A DNA stretch of 64,000 nucleotides from Verrucomicrobiia bacterium (GTDB lineage: Bacteria; Verrucomicrobiota; Verrucomicrobiia; Palsa-1439), in the NCBI GenBank assembly GCA_049510215.1, contig JBEKZD010000003.1, positions 24,544 to 88,543 of the forward strand, given 5' to 3'. The position numbers and the translations under genes are program-made. Shown one piece after another: positions 47,867-57,704 of this stretch (its first letter is position 1; each line of letters starts with the position of its first letter). Under the pieces are notes generated by a model that worked only from the letters and a program-made list of their open reading frames with translations, made no database searches and had not been told where the DNA came from.

Positions 47867-49216
47867 CTACGCCGTCAGCCGTTTCCACAATTCCAAATCC
47901 TCCAATTTCTGTTTCACGGCGTTGGTGAACCGCGCGCCGAGCGCCCCGTCCACGATGCGGTGATCGCACGACAGCGTCATCTTCATCATCTGGCGCACGA
48001 CGATCTGGCCATCCCGCACGACGGGCTGCGGTTTGGTGCTGGCGACGGCGAGGATGGCGCCCTCGCCGGGGTTGATGATCGCGCCGAAGTTCTCCACATC
48101 CAGCATGCCCATGTTGGTAATGGTGAACGTACCGCCGCTGAGATCGTCGGGCGTCGCTTTGCCGGCGCGCGCTTTCTCGGCGAGTTCCTTCGACCGCTGA
48201 CAAAGTTCCAGCAGCGGCAATTGCTCGGCGGCGCGCACCACCGGCACGACGAGGCCCTGATCGAGCGAGACGGCAATGCCGAGATTGACGTGGCTGTGCC
48301 ACCACGCGGTCTTGCCGTCGGTGGAACTGTTCACGCCGGGGAACTCCTGCAACGTCAGCACCACGGCCTCGGCAATGAAATCCGTGACCGTGTACGGCGC
48401 GCCCGCCGCCTTGAGCTGGTTTCGATAAGCGATCAGGCCGGTCATGTCCACCGCGACCGTGACGTAGAAATGTGGCGTGTCGCGGAAACTCTGCGTCAAC
48501 CGCTGCGCAATCACCTGCCGCATCTTCGACATCGCTTTCGGTTTCTCGGCGACGGCGCGCTGCACATCGGCGACGGCAATGCGCCCGCCATCGCCCGGGG
48601 TGACGCCGAGCAGGTCGATGTTCTCCTTGGCCGCGAGTTCCTTCGCGGCGGGACTGACGCGGAGCTTGTCGTAGCCGCGCGACTCCAGGTACGCTTTCAC
48701 GTCCTTCTCGACGACGCGCCCCTCGGGCCCGGTGCCGACAATCTTCGTCGGATCGATCACCACCTCTCGCACCAGCGCCCGCGCGCGCGGAGAAATGCGG
48801 AAAACTTCTGGAGTTGTGGCCGCGCTTGTGACAAGCGCGGGGGCCGCAGTCTTTGGAGGGCTCGGCTCCTGCCGAGCCGACGGAGTGACCGGTCGCGGCG
48901 GGGACGCCGCTCCCACAGATGGTTCAACTTTTTTGGGAACTGCCGGTGCGGGCGCCGTCACTTCCGGAATCGGCTCGCCGGGGTTGCCGATAAAACCAAC
49001 CGTGGTCTGCACGGGGACGCTGACACCGGGCGGCACGACGATTTTCAACAGTGTGCCGTCGCTGAATGCTTCGACATCCATCACCGATTTGTCCGTCTCG
49101 ACGGTGAAAAGAACGTCGCCCCTGGCGATCTTGTCCCCTTCCTTCTTGCGCCACTCGACGATGGCGCTCTCCTCGGTCATCTGACCGAACTTAGGCATGG
49201 TAATGGGCGTGGGCAT
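47867..49216 (-). CDS. 2-oxoacid dehydrogenase E2 (dihydrolipoamide acyltransferase)
   Basis: Lipoyl domain (VETDKSVMDVEA), E3-binding domain (ISPRARALVRE), and catalytic domain with DHRIVDGA. The exact start is uncertain (MPTPITMPKF versus MPKF). Confidence 0.9.
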   Translation of the reverse strand: MPTPITMPKFGQMTEESAIVEWRKKEGDKIARGDVLFTVETDKSVMDVEAFSDGTLLKIVVPPGVSVPVQTTVGFIGNPGEPIPEVTAPAPAVPKKVEPSVGAASPPRPVTPSARQEPSPPKTAAPALVTSAATTPEVFRISPRARALVREVVIDPTKIVGTGPEGRVVEKDVKAYLESRGYDKLRVSPAAKELAAKENIDLLGVTPGDGGRIAVADVQRAVAEKPKAMSKMRQVIAQRLTQSFRDTPHFYVTVAVDMTGLIAYRNQLKAAGAPYTVTDFIAEAVVLTLQEFPGVNSSTDGKTAWWHSHVNLGIAVSLDQGLVVPVVRAAEQLPLLELCQRSKELAEKARAGKATPDDLSGGTFTITNMGMLDVENFGAIINPGEGAILAVASTKPQPVVRDGQIVVRQMMKMTLSCDHRIVDGALGARFTNAVKQKLEDLELWKRLTA

Positions 49217-49231
49217 GATTAGTAATCTAGG

Positions 49232-49732
49232 CTAGTCTGTGATTTTAATTCCCTTATCAGTCGCTTTCACCAGCCCTGACCAACTCGCGCCGTCCGAAGG
49301 TGTTGGCTGACTGGTGTGCGCAGCCTTGAGTATGTACTTACCGGCTTTCTTGATATCGTAGTAATTGTTGAAGTTGAATCTTGATTCGACACTCTTACCG
49401 GGTTCAACAGTAGCCCAAGATGGAGGAAAGTCCTTGAATGGGCCTGCATAACGAACGCTCTCCCCGTCCCGTACCACGGCAAACGTCCACAACTCATCCG
49501 CCTGCCCGTCCGACTTAACAACTCCAACACCTGCACCCGGTGCATGCAATTGCGCGACCGTGACTTTGTTAGTAGATGTGTTGGTCAACCTCAGTATAAC
49601 CATTACATATTCGCCGACACGATAAGAATCCTTGTCTGTAAGTATCTCGTATCGGAAAGGAACATCGTCGGTTGCTGCATTGGCAGGAACATGACAAATC
49701 AGTACGAGCAGAGCGAGTGTGATGATTCTCAT
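49232..49732 (-). CDS. hypothetical secreted protein embedded in the dehydrogenase operon
   Basis: Signal peptide (MRIITLALLVLICHVPANA). Lower GC than its neighbours. Lies between the E1 and E2 genes on the same strand. Confidence 0.45.
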   Translation of the reverse strand: MRIITLALLVLICHVPANAATDDVPFRYEILTDKDSYRVGEYVMVILRLTNTSTNKVTVAQLHAPGAGVGVVKSDGQADELWTFAVVRDGESVRYAGPFKDFPPSWATVEPGKSVESRFNFNNYYDIKKAGKYILKAAHTSQPTPSDGASWSGLVKATDKGIKITD

Positions 49733-49747
49733 GTGGCCATAATCTCC

Positions 49748-52051
49748 TCACAAAATTGCGTTGGCAGCCTGCATCAGGTCGTTGACGTTCGGCAGGAATG
49801 CCGCTTCGAGGATGTGCGACTGCGGCGCGATGCCGTTCTTGGCACCGACGCGTTTGACCGGCGCATCGAGGTAGTCGAAGGCCGCGTCCTGAATCGTCGA
49901 GGCAACCTCGGCGGTGTAACTGCCAATATGGATCGCCTGGCTGGCCACAATGCACCGGCCCGTCTTTTGGACGGAGCGGACAATCGTGTCCACGTCCAGC
50001 GGCACGAGGCTGCGCAGGTCAACAACCTCGGCGCTGACGCCGCGCTCCGCCTTGAGTTTGTCGGCTGCTTTGAGGCAATCGTGGACGACGGGGCCCCATG
50101 CGACGAACGTGAGATCGCTCCCCTCGCGTTTCACGTCAGCCACGCCCAGCGGGACGAGGTATTCGCCCTCGGGCACCGGGCCTTTGACGCCGTAGAGGCC
50201 TTGCGACTCGACGAACATGACCGGGTTGTTGTCGCGGATGGCCGCCTTCATCATGCCCTTGGCGTCGTAGGGCGTGGCCGGATAAACGACGTAGAGGCCG
50301 GGGATGTGGCAGAAAACGGATTCCAACGTCTGGCTGTGCTGGCCGCCGTAACCTTTGCCGGCGCCGACCGACGCGCGGATGACCAGCGGCACTTCGATCT
50401 GCGCGCCACTCATGTAATGCCACTTGGCGGCCTGATTGCTGATCTGGTCGGAAGACATCAACGCAAAATCCATGTACATCAACTCGACCACGGGCCGCAG
50501 TCCTTTCATGGCGGCGCCGACCGCCGTGCCGCAGATGCAGGCTTCGCTGATCGGCGTGTTGAATACACGATCACGCCCGAACGCCTCCAGCAAACCCTTG
50601 GTCAGCTTGAACGCGCCGCCATACTCGGCCACGTCTTCGCCATAGAAAATCACGCGGGCATCGCGTTTCATCTCCTCAACCAACGCCTCCTTGATGGCGT
50701 CGCGGTAGGTGATCTGGCCATCGGTGCGTTTCACCACGGGCAATGCACCGACCAACGTGACCTTCTGGAACCCGACCGGCACGGTCTCGCACTTTGTGTC
50801 GGTGTACATGTATTTGATCACGTCGGCGGCCGGAGGATCGGCGGCGGCGGCCGCGCGTTTGGCGGCGCGGGTGTTCCGGTCGCGAACGCGCTGCTCGACG
50901 GCTTCAATTCCAGCTTTGGCGAGCGCCTTGCAGTCGAGCAGTTGTTTCTTGAATGTCTCGATGGGGTCCACGGCCTTCCACGCGGCTTCCTCTTCCTTGG
51001 TGCGATACTCGTTGCGCGGGTCGCTGAGCGAGTGTCCCCAGTAACGATACGTGTCCACGTCGAGCAACACCGGCCCTTTGCCTTCGCGGCAGAGCTTGGC
51101 CGCCCGCTGCACGGCGTCGCGAACGGCGAGCACGTCCATGCCGTTGACAATCTCGGCGTGCATGTTGTTGTTGGCAAACCCCGCCCCGCGCCGCGCCATC
51201 TGGTCAATGCCCATCACCTCGTCGTCGCTGCGGTGGGTCATGCCGTAGTGGTTGTTGACGATGAGGTAAATGATCGGCATACCGAACTTGTGGTCGCCGG
51301 CCAGGTAGTTGGTGAACTGCGCTTGCGTGGACCAGTTGAGCGACTCGAGCACCACGCCGTTGGCAAACGCGCCGTCGCCCGCAAAACAGCACACCACGCT
51401 GTCGGCCCGCAGATAACGGTTGGCCAGCGCCGCGCCCGTGGCAATCGGCACGCCGCCGCCGACGATGGCGTTGGCGCCGAGGTGGCCGACGGTGAAATCC
51501 GCGATGTGCATGCTGCCGCCCCGGCCTTTGCAGTAACCGTCGTCCTTGCCGAACAACTCGCAGATCGTCCGGTAAAGGTGTTCTTCGAGCGCCGCTTCAA
51601 GCAATTCCTCGCGCGTCGTGGCCGTGCAACCCGGCACGCGCGCCTTGAGCTGCTCGGCGCTCATGTTACGGATGGCCACCGTGCCTTTGGCGAGCGATTC
51701 GCCGTGGCCGCGGTGCGTGCTGGTGATGTTGTCCACAATCCGCAACGCCGCGCACGCGCCCACCGCCGTGCCTTCCTGCCCGACCGATACATGCGTCGGC
51801 CCGCGGTAATCATAGGCCGGCAACGGTTCGTAGCCGCCCGACCGCAACCTGACGATCATCTCCTCCAACTCGCGGACGATCAGCATGTCCTCCAACAGCG
51901 CGACGGCCTCTTCCTTGGCGATCGTCTTGGCCTTCAATGCGCTCTTCAGATCGCCGGCGTAGCGGTAAGCGGGGATTTTGCCGCAATTGATTTCAAACGG
52001 CTCGAAGTCCGGCCGCATGTCGCTCAGATAAACTGGTGATGCTGCTTCCAT
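49748..52051 (-). CDS. 2-oxoacid dehydrogenase E1 component, fused alpha and beta subunits (TPP-dependent)
   Basis: 767 aa. N-terminal E1-alpha TPP-binding region (GDGAFANG..., NNHYGM) and C-terminal transketolase-like E1-beta region (ISEACICGTAVGAAMKG). SD AAAGGAA 7 nt before the ATG. Confidence 0.85.
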   Translation of the reverse strand: MEAASPVYLSDMRPDFEPFEINCGKIPAYRYAGDLKSALKAKTIAKEEAVALLEDMLIVRELEEMIVRLRSGGYEPLPAYDYRGPTHVSVGQEGTAVGACAALRIVDNITSTHRGHGESLAKGTVAIRNMSAEQLKARVPGCTATTREELLEAALEEHLYRTICELFGKDDGYCKGRGGSMHIADFTVGHLGANAIVGGGVPIATGAALANRYLRADSVVCCFAGDGAFANGVVLESLNWSTQAQFTNYLAGDHKFGMPIIYLIVNNHYGMTHRSDDEVMGIDQMARRGAGFANNNMHAEIVNGMDVLAVRDAVQRAAKLCREGKGPVLLDVDTYRYWGHSLSDPRNEYRTKEEEAAWKAVDPIETFKKQLLDCKALAKAGIEAVEQRVRDRNTRAAKRAAAAADPPAADVIKYMYTDTKCETVPVGFQKVTLVGALPVVKRTDGQITYRDAIKEALVEEMKRDARVIFYGEDVAEYGGAFKLTKGLLEAFGRDRVFNTPISEACICGTAVGAAMKGLRPVVELMYMDFALMSSDQISNQAAKWHYMSGAQIEVPLVIRASVGAGKGYGGQHSQTLESVFCHIPGLYVVYPATPYDAKGMMKAAIRDNNPVMFVESQGLYGVKGPVPEGEYLVPLGVADVKREGSDLTFVAWGPVVHDCLKAADKLKAERGVSAEVVDLRSLVPLDVDTIVRSVQKTGRCIVASQAIHIGSYTAEVASTIQDAAFDYLDAPVKRVGAKNGIAPQSHILEAAFLPNVNDLMQAANAIL

Positions 52052-52076
52052 GATATGTTCCTTTGGGTCGCCTGGG

Positions 52077-52856
52077 TCAGGCGCGCACGATTTTGATTCC
52101 TTTCTTGATCAGTTCTTTTGCGAAATTCTTGTCCACCCGTTTGTCCGTGATCAGCACGTGCACGTGGTCCAATCGTCCCGTGCGCGCGAACGACACTTTA
52201 CCAATTTTGCTGCTGTCAGCCAGCAGAATCACCTGCCGGGCCTGGCTCATGACCAATTCCTTTGTGTACGCCTCGCTCGGGTCGGTCGTCGTCACCCCTT
52301 CTTTCAATGTCAATCCGATCGTCCCCATGAACGCTTTGTCCACGTGCAACTCCGCCAAGGTCAGTCGCGTCAACGGTCCGACCATCGTTTGGCTCAGCCG
52401 CCGCAGTTCGCCGCCGATCAAGATCAGCCGCGGCCCGCGCCCCGCGAGTTCGTGCGCGGCGCGCAAGGAGTTGGTGACGACCGTGATATTGGTCCGGTCG
52501 CGCAACAGCCGCGCAAACTCCAGCACCGTGCTGCCGCCGTCGAGATAGATCGTATCGCCCGCCGCGACATAATCGAGCGCCGCCCGGGCAATCCGCTGCT
52601 TCTCCTTCGTGGACATGGAGGCCTTGTCGTCAAACAGCGGCTCGTCCATCCGGCTGTCCATGCTGACCGCGCCGCCGTGCACGCGCTGGATTTCGCCCAG
52701 TTCCTCCAGCCGCGCCAGGTCGCGGCGCACCGTCGCGGGCGAAGCGTGCAGCTCGCGGCACAGATCCTCCACGCGGACGACCCGGTTTTGGCGCAACGCC
52801 GAGCGCAGCCGGTCCCACCGTTGCGGCGCGAGGTCTTTTTGATCAAGCCCAGTCAT
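52077..52856 (-). CDS. DeoR/GlpR-family transcriptional regulator
   Basis: N-terminal HTH (RVEDLCRELHASPATVRRDLARLEELG) plus DeoR C-terminal sugar-phosphate-binding domain. Confidence 0.85.
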   Translation of the reverse strand: MTGLDQKDLAPQRWDRLRSALRQNRVVRVEDLCRELHASPATVRRDLARLEELGEIQRVHGGAVSMDSRMDEPLFDDKASMSTKEKQRIARAALDYVAAGDTIYLDGGSTVLEFARLLRDRTNITVVTNSLRAAHELAGRGPRLILIGGELRRLSQTMVGPLTRLTLAELHVDKAFMGTIGLTLKEGVTTTDPSEAYTKELVMSQARQVILLADSSKIGKVSFARTGRLDHVHVLITDKRVDKNFAKELIKKGIKIVRA

Positions 52857-52877
52857 GATTACTTGTGATTAGTTACG

Positions 52878-53078
52878 CGCAAATCCAATCACAGTCAATC
52901 ATAAAATACCGGACGCTAACCGCTGATTACGCCGAATCCGCGCAATCCGTGAAATCCGCGGTTTAACTCATTCTTCGGCCGCCGGTATTAACCACTGATT
53001 ACGCCGATGACGCTGATCGGCCGAATCCGTGCGATCTGCGAAATCCGTGGTTTAATCCATCTCCTGACTGCCGGGCCT
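52878..53078. repeat. ~95-bp repeat family, two tandem copies (left flank of the R-M/GHKL island)
   Basis: Unit approximately ...CTGATTACGCCGA(A/T)..CGCTGAT.GGCCGAATCCG.GC.ATC.G.GAAATCCG.GGTT.AA.TCATT.CT..GCCGCCGGTATTAACC. Further copies at 57555-57690, 58405-58575 and 58940-59030. Confidence 0.75.
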
Positions 53079-53414
53079 GCCCGCGCGAGGGGTGGATTCC
53101 TTTTCTTCGTGCTTGAAAGTCATCGCCCTGAAGCACAGACTCGCGGTGATGGCGGCAATGTTTCAGGAAATCAAACAGTCCCTCCATCGGCTGTACGGCG
53201 AAGATGCTCACCCGTGGATGATGAGGTTGAGCAGCAGGAGCACTGGCACCGTCGTCGAACGCGACAAAGCCAGCGAAGGTTTGCTCGCTGCCGGCGACGA
53301 ACGCATGGAAGACATGATCGCCTTCCGCGACCCCGCCAACGGCTTGAAGCCGTCCGGCACCAGTGAATCAGATGACGCTTGGTATTTCGTACAAGCGATC
53401 TGAAAGGACGTAGC

Positions 53415-54047
53415 ATGGCAATCAAAGATGAAATTCGGACGATGGCCAACCGGTACGCTGCGGAGCTCAAAACCAGCATTGATGCGCGCGTTGTCGAGAT
53501 GGAGCAGGATGACCGCTCCCACGTCCTTATTTACCGAGTGCTTGGGATTAGTGAACCGGAAGGCAAGCTCATTGACGTTTATCAGAACAAGGGACGGTTC
53601 GTTTACAAGTATGCTGGCTCATTCCTTGAAGAGGCTGCAAAGCTTTGCTTCAAGAAGAACTTCCCGCAGTCGGGATCGCTACGCGTCCCAAACACCCACG
53701 GGCAACGACCGAAAACATTTGAGATTGATTGCTTGGTTGGCACTGACGCTTTGGAAATCAAGTGGAGGGATGCAACGACAGACGGCGATCATATCACGAA
53801 AGAGCACACTCGGATAAAGGCGATATGCGACGCTGGGTACAAGCCAATCCGAGTGATGTTCTATTATCCGAATCGTGACCAAGCGATCCGGATTCAGCAA
53901 GCGTTGGAGAGTATATACAAGGGCGTGCATGGAGAGTATTATTACTCAGACACTGCATGGGATTATGTGAAACGGCGAACAGAAATTGACCTGCTCGGAA
54001 TCCTTAAGCAACTTGCTGGGGAAAGGAGCGCACAACGTGAGCAGTGA
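53415..54047 (+). CDS. putative type II restriction endonuclease (PD-(D/E)xK-like)
   Basis: FEIDCLVGTDALEIKWRD fits a D...ExK catalytic motif. About 210 aa. The 3' end overlaps the methyltransferase start by 11 nt. Low GC. Family not identified. Confidence 0.4.
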   Translation: MAIKDEIRTMANRYAAELKTSIDARVVEMEQDDRSHVLIYRVLGISEPEGKLIDVYQNKGRFVYKYAGSFLEEAAKLCFKKNFPQSGSLRVPNTHGQRPKTFEIDCLVGTDALEIKWRDATTDGDHITKEHTRIKAICDAGYKPIRVMFYYPNRDQAIRIQQALESIYKGVHGEYYYSDTAWDYVKRRTEIDLLGILKQLAGERSAQREQ

Positions 54048-55245
54048 GGTCCGGCAAGGTGACTGCCTGGAGGTTCTGCAGAGACTGGATTCTCAGTCGG
54101 CTGATCTCATTTATGTTGACCCGCCTTTTTTCACCCAGAAGACGCACGCTCTGGTCACTCGTGACCGTACCGCGACTTTTCAGTTTAGCGACGAATGGAA
54201 TTCCCGCGACGAATATTTGAACTTCCTTCGTGATCGTTTGGTTGAGTTCAACCGTGTGCTCAAGCGCACCGGCTCGATTTTCTTTCATTGTGACACGAAC
54301 GCATCCCACCACATCCGCTGCCTGCTTGATCGTGTATTTGGAGAAAGTATGTTCCGCTCCGAAATCATCTGGCACTATCGTCGTTGGTCAAACTCCCAGC
54401 GCTGTCCGCTGCCGTCGCATCAGACCATCTACTTCTACAGCAAGTCGGACGACTACAAGTACAATCAGGTTTTCGAAAAATACTCGCCCTCGACAAATGT
54501 TGACCAGATTTTGCAGCGCCGTCGACGCGATGAACATGGCAAATCCGCTTACGCACGCGACGAGAACGGCAATATCATCTATGATGGGCACAAGAAGGGC
54601 GTGCCAATGTCTGACGTGTGGGACATCCCCTTCCTGAATCCCAAGGCAAGGGAGCGAGTCGGTTATCCGACTCAGAAGCCAATTCTGCTACTCGAACGCA
54701 TCATCTCTCCGGTCACGAACAAGGGTGATTTCGTGCTCGACCCCTTTTGCGGCAGCGGCACAACGCTTGTCGCTGCCGAACTTCTTGGACGGAATTCACT
54801 TGGCATCGACATCGCCGCCGAAGCTGTGAAACTTGCTGCGGAGCGATTGAAGCAGCCGATAAAGACATCGTCTGAGTTGCTGCGAAAAGGCCGCGATGCC
54901 TATGTTGAGTCCGACGAAGAGGCATTAGCCTATTTGCACGGTTTACAAATAGTAGCGGTTCAACGGAATCGCGGGATTGACGCGATCATTAAGACACCTC
55001 CAGGCGAGAATCCTGTTCTTATCCGAGTTCAGCGGCAGGGCGAGCTACTCCTCGATGCGGCAGAGCAACTCCACCGCGCCGGGCTGAGTAAACAGCCAGC
55101 CACACTTATACTTATCGCCACGGATGAGACGCAGTCAGCAGGGCTCTTTGACCTGCTGCCCACAGGAGTCACGGTTGTGAACTCGACGCGCAAGGAAGTC
55201 ATGGAACTACTGAACACTAAGGTGTTCAGCAACTTGTTCAGATGA
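54037..55245 (+). CDS. DNA methyltransferase, beta-class N6-adenine/N4-cytosine (N6_N4_Mtase), with a ~130-aa C-terminal extension
   Basis: Motif IV LIYVDPPF precedes motif I DPFCGSGTT (beta-class order). GTG start with AAAGGAG 7 nt upstream (the ORF is open from 53986). The C-terminal extension (GIDAIIK...LIRVQRQGE) is not part of the MTase core. Confidence 0.8.
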   Translation: MSSEVRQGDCLEVLQRLDSQSADLIYVDPPFFTQKTHALVTRDRTATFQFSDEWNSRDEYLNFLRDRLVEFNRVLKRTGSIFFHCDTNASHHIRCLLDRVFGESMFRSEIIWHYRRWSNSQRCPLPSHQTIYFYSKSDDYKYNQVFEKYSPSTNVDQILQRRRRDEHGKSAYARDENGNIIYDGHKKGVPMSDVWDIPFLNPKARERVGYPTQKPILLLERIISPVTNKGDFVLDPFCGSGTTLVAAELLGRNSLGIDIAAEAVKLAAERLKQPIKTSSELLRKGRDAYVESDEEALAYLHGLQIVAVQRNRGIDAIIKTPPGENPVLIRVQRQGELLLDAAEQLHRAGLSKQPATLILIATDETQSAGLFDLLPTGVTVVNSTRKEVMELLNTKVFSNLFR

Positions 55246-55264
55246 CCCATCGCAGCATCATGCC

Positions 55265-57211
55265 ATGACAGAACTGAAACAAAGTCTCTTTGCTGAACTG
55301 CCTTTCATCTTCGGATCGGATTTCCTTCGCGACCATGCGGGGCATCTTATCTCAGAGCCGCGCATAGCCATCGTTGAGTTGATTGCCAATGCGTACGATG
55401 CCGGGGCAACCGAAGTGAAAATAGCGTGGCCTGACGAGGCAGGCGGTCACTTCGAGGTCGCTGACAACGGGACGGGGATGACAGCCGAGGAATTTCACCG
55501 CCGGTGGAGGACTCTGTGCTACAACCGCATGCACGAGCAAGGTCAAATTGTCCAGTTTCCTCCCGGAGTAAAACAGAAGAAGCGAATCGCATTCGGCACG
55601 AGCGGGAAAGGGCGGCACAGCGCATTTTGTTTTGCTGACTCTTATGAGGTCGAGACGTGGAAGGATGGAAGGTCAATCACTGCGCTCGTAAGAATGACAG
55701 AAGGCGGTAACGAGCCCTTCCACTGCGCGGTGCAAGGGGAAACCGACAAGAAGGGTCACGGAACAAGGCTCTCGGCGGAGGTTGCTCGACGGTTGATACC
55801 GGTCGAGCAGATACGGGAATGGGTCGGCTCGAAGTTCGCCGTCGATCCGTCCTTTGCAGTTGTTATCAATAGGCAGCGTCTACAACTACTCGATCTGAAG
55901 GCTCTCACGAGCAGTGAGATTGATGTCGAGTCGTATGGAAAGGTCGTGATTCACCAGATTGATGCCGCTGCCCAAGACCGGTCCACACGATTGCGGGGCA
56001 TTACATGGTGGGTCAACAAGCGAATGGTCGGACAGCCATCTTGGGACGGACTCGATGAGAGAGGCGCGATTCTGGATGGTCGAACGGCTGCGGCTAAGAG
56101 ATACAGCTTCGTTATCGAGGCGGACTTTCTGAAACCAGACCTGAAGGACGACTGGACTGGTTTTCGCGATACTCAACGGTCGAATGTGGTGCGGGAATCT
56201 GTGCGCACCCATGTGATCAGGTTGTTGAACGATCTGCTTGCTGGTACTCGCAAGGAAAGAAAGAAGGCTGCCTTGGCAGAGAACAGGAAGGCACTGGGCG
56301 AGCTTTCACGGCTTTCGCGGAAGGTCCTCGGGCATTTTGTAGATGAGATTCAAGAAAAGTGTCCAACGCTCTCCCAAGGAGATCTGGCCCGAACCGTAGA
56401 GGTGTTCACAAAGATGGAGCAGGCCCGAAGTGGCTATGACCTCCTATACCGGTTGGCAGCGTGTTCGCCCGATGATCTGGACACTTGGAATAGGCTGATG
56501 CAAGAATGGACCGCGAGCAATGCCGAGGTCGTTCTTAGAGAACTCGGCAGACGGCTTGAGCTAATCAAGCAGCTTCAGTCGCTCGTGCATACCGCGACGA
56601 CAGATGAACTGCACGACTTGCAGCCGCTATTCGCACGCGGGCTTTGGATATTTGGGCCAGAATACGAGGCGGTCGATTTCGCTTCCAATCGTGGCATGGC
56701 GTCGGTCATTCGTGAACTGCTTGGTGGGACGGAAACTGAGGTGGCTCGCCTCCGCCCCGATCTTGTGGCTTTACCAGACAGGTCTATCGGTGTGTATGCA
56801 GCCGATTCGTACGATGAAAGCGGTGAGGTGGCTGGCATCAGAAAGGTTTTGATCGTCGAACTCAAGAAGGGCGGCTTCACAATCACGCGTGAAGAGCTTC
56901 GACAAGGTGAAGACTATGCGCTCGAAGTCCGAAAAGCGAACTTGGTTCGTGCTGACACTGAGATAATCGTATATGTCTTAGGCGATTCATTAGGTGACGA
57001 TGCTCAAGAAAGAACTGTCGGAAAGGCGACGAAGCTCATACCGATGATGTACGACACAGTTCTCAAGAAAGCACACGCTAGGACGTTTAACCTCCAGAAG
57101 AAACTCGAAGCAAACCAGCTTCGGATTGAAACAGATGTAGAAGTCGAAGAAGTCCTTGCCCAACCGGAACAGCAGGAGCTTCCCGAACAGGCTAACTCAA
57201 TTCTTGGTTAA
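55265..57211 (+). CDS. MORC/MutL-like GHKL ATPase with a C-terminal PD...ExK nuclease-like motif
   Basis: Bergerat-fold motifs ELIANAYDAGATEVKI (N box) and VADNGTGMTAEEF (G1 box). C-terminal RPDLVALPDRS...KVLIVELKKGG resembles a PD-(D/E)xK site. Starts 20 nt after the MTase stop. Confidence 0.55.
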   Translation: MTELKQSLFAELPFIFGSDFLRDHAGHLISEPRIAIVELIANAYDAGATEVKIAWPDEAGGHFEVADNGTGMTAEEFHRRWRTLCYNRMHEQGQIVQFPPGVKQKKRIAFGTSGKGRHSAFCFADSYEVETWKDGRSITALVRMTEGGNEPFHCAVQGETDKKGHGTRLSAEVARRLIPVEQIREWVGSKFAVDPSFAVVINRQRLQLLDLKALTSSEIDVESYGKVVIHQIDAAAQDRSTRLRGITWWVNKRMVGQPSWDGLDERGAILDGRTAAAKRYSFVIEADFLKPDLKDDWTGFRDTQRSNVVRESVRTHVIRLLNDLLAGTRKERKKAALAENRKALGELSRLSRKVLGHFVDEIQEKCPTLSQGDLARTVEVFTKMEQARSGYDLLYRLAACSPDDLDTWNRLMQEWTASNAEVVLRELGRRLELIKQLQSLVHTATTDELHDLQPLFARGLWIFGPEYEAVDFASNRGMASVIRELLGGTETEVARLRPDLVALPDRSIGVYAADSYDESGEVAGIRKVLIVELKKGGFTITREELRQGEDYALEVRKANLVRADTEIIVYVLGDSLGDDAQERTVGKATKLIPMMYDTVLKKAHARTFNLQKKLEANQLRIETDVEVEEVLAQPEQQELPEQANSILG

Positions 57212-57280
57212 GTATGTGTCGAAGGATGCGTTTGTGGTCACGGCGTACCTGACCGATCAACCAAAAGCCGGAGAGGATTT

Positions 57281-57538
57281 ATGGCCGACAAAGTAAAAAT
57301 CTGGTTCGATGCGGAAGCGGATTACCTGGAGGTCCGGTTTGCCGGGGCCGCCGGCTATATGAAGGAAACCCAGCACGATGCCGTCATGGAGCGCGTGGAC
57401 GCCCAAGGCCGTGTGATTGGGTTCAGCGTTTTGGGCGTGAGCCGTTTCAAGAAGAACAAGCCATTGGAAGCCGAGCTAGTCTCCACTTTTCCCCCGGCAG
57501 TTGTGCGCGAGAAGCCTGGCAAGAAGTACGGGAAGTAA
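57281..57538 (+). CDS. DUF2283-family small protein
   Basis: MADKVKIWFDAEADYLEVRF matches the DUF2283 N-terminal pattern (x-Y/W-D-xEAD-x-LYI/LEV). Confidence 0.5.
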   Translation: MADKVKIWFDAEADYLEVRFAGAAGYMKETQHDAVMERVDAQGRVIGFSVLGVSRFKKNKPLEAELVSTFPPAVVREKPGKKYGK

Positions 57539-57554
57539 GGTTTCTCTTTTCGCC

Positions 57555-57690
57555 TATCCGCTCAATCAGCGAAATCCGTGGTTCAACTCATTTCCTAACC
57601 GCCGGTATATTAACCGCGGATCACGCCGATGACGCTGATTGGCCGAATCCGCACAATCTGTGAAATCCGTGGTTCAATTCAGAGAAGGGG
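57555..57690. repeat. ~95-bp repeat family, about 1.5 copies (right flank of the island)
   Basis: gcgaaatccgtggttcaactcatttcctaaccgccggtatattaaccgcggatcacgccgatgacgctgattggccgaatccgcacaatctgtgaaatccgtggttcaa. Confidence 0.75.
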
Positions 57691-57704
57691 GTCAAAAACG
57701 TCGC

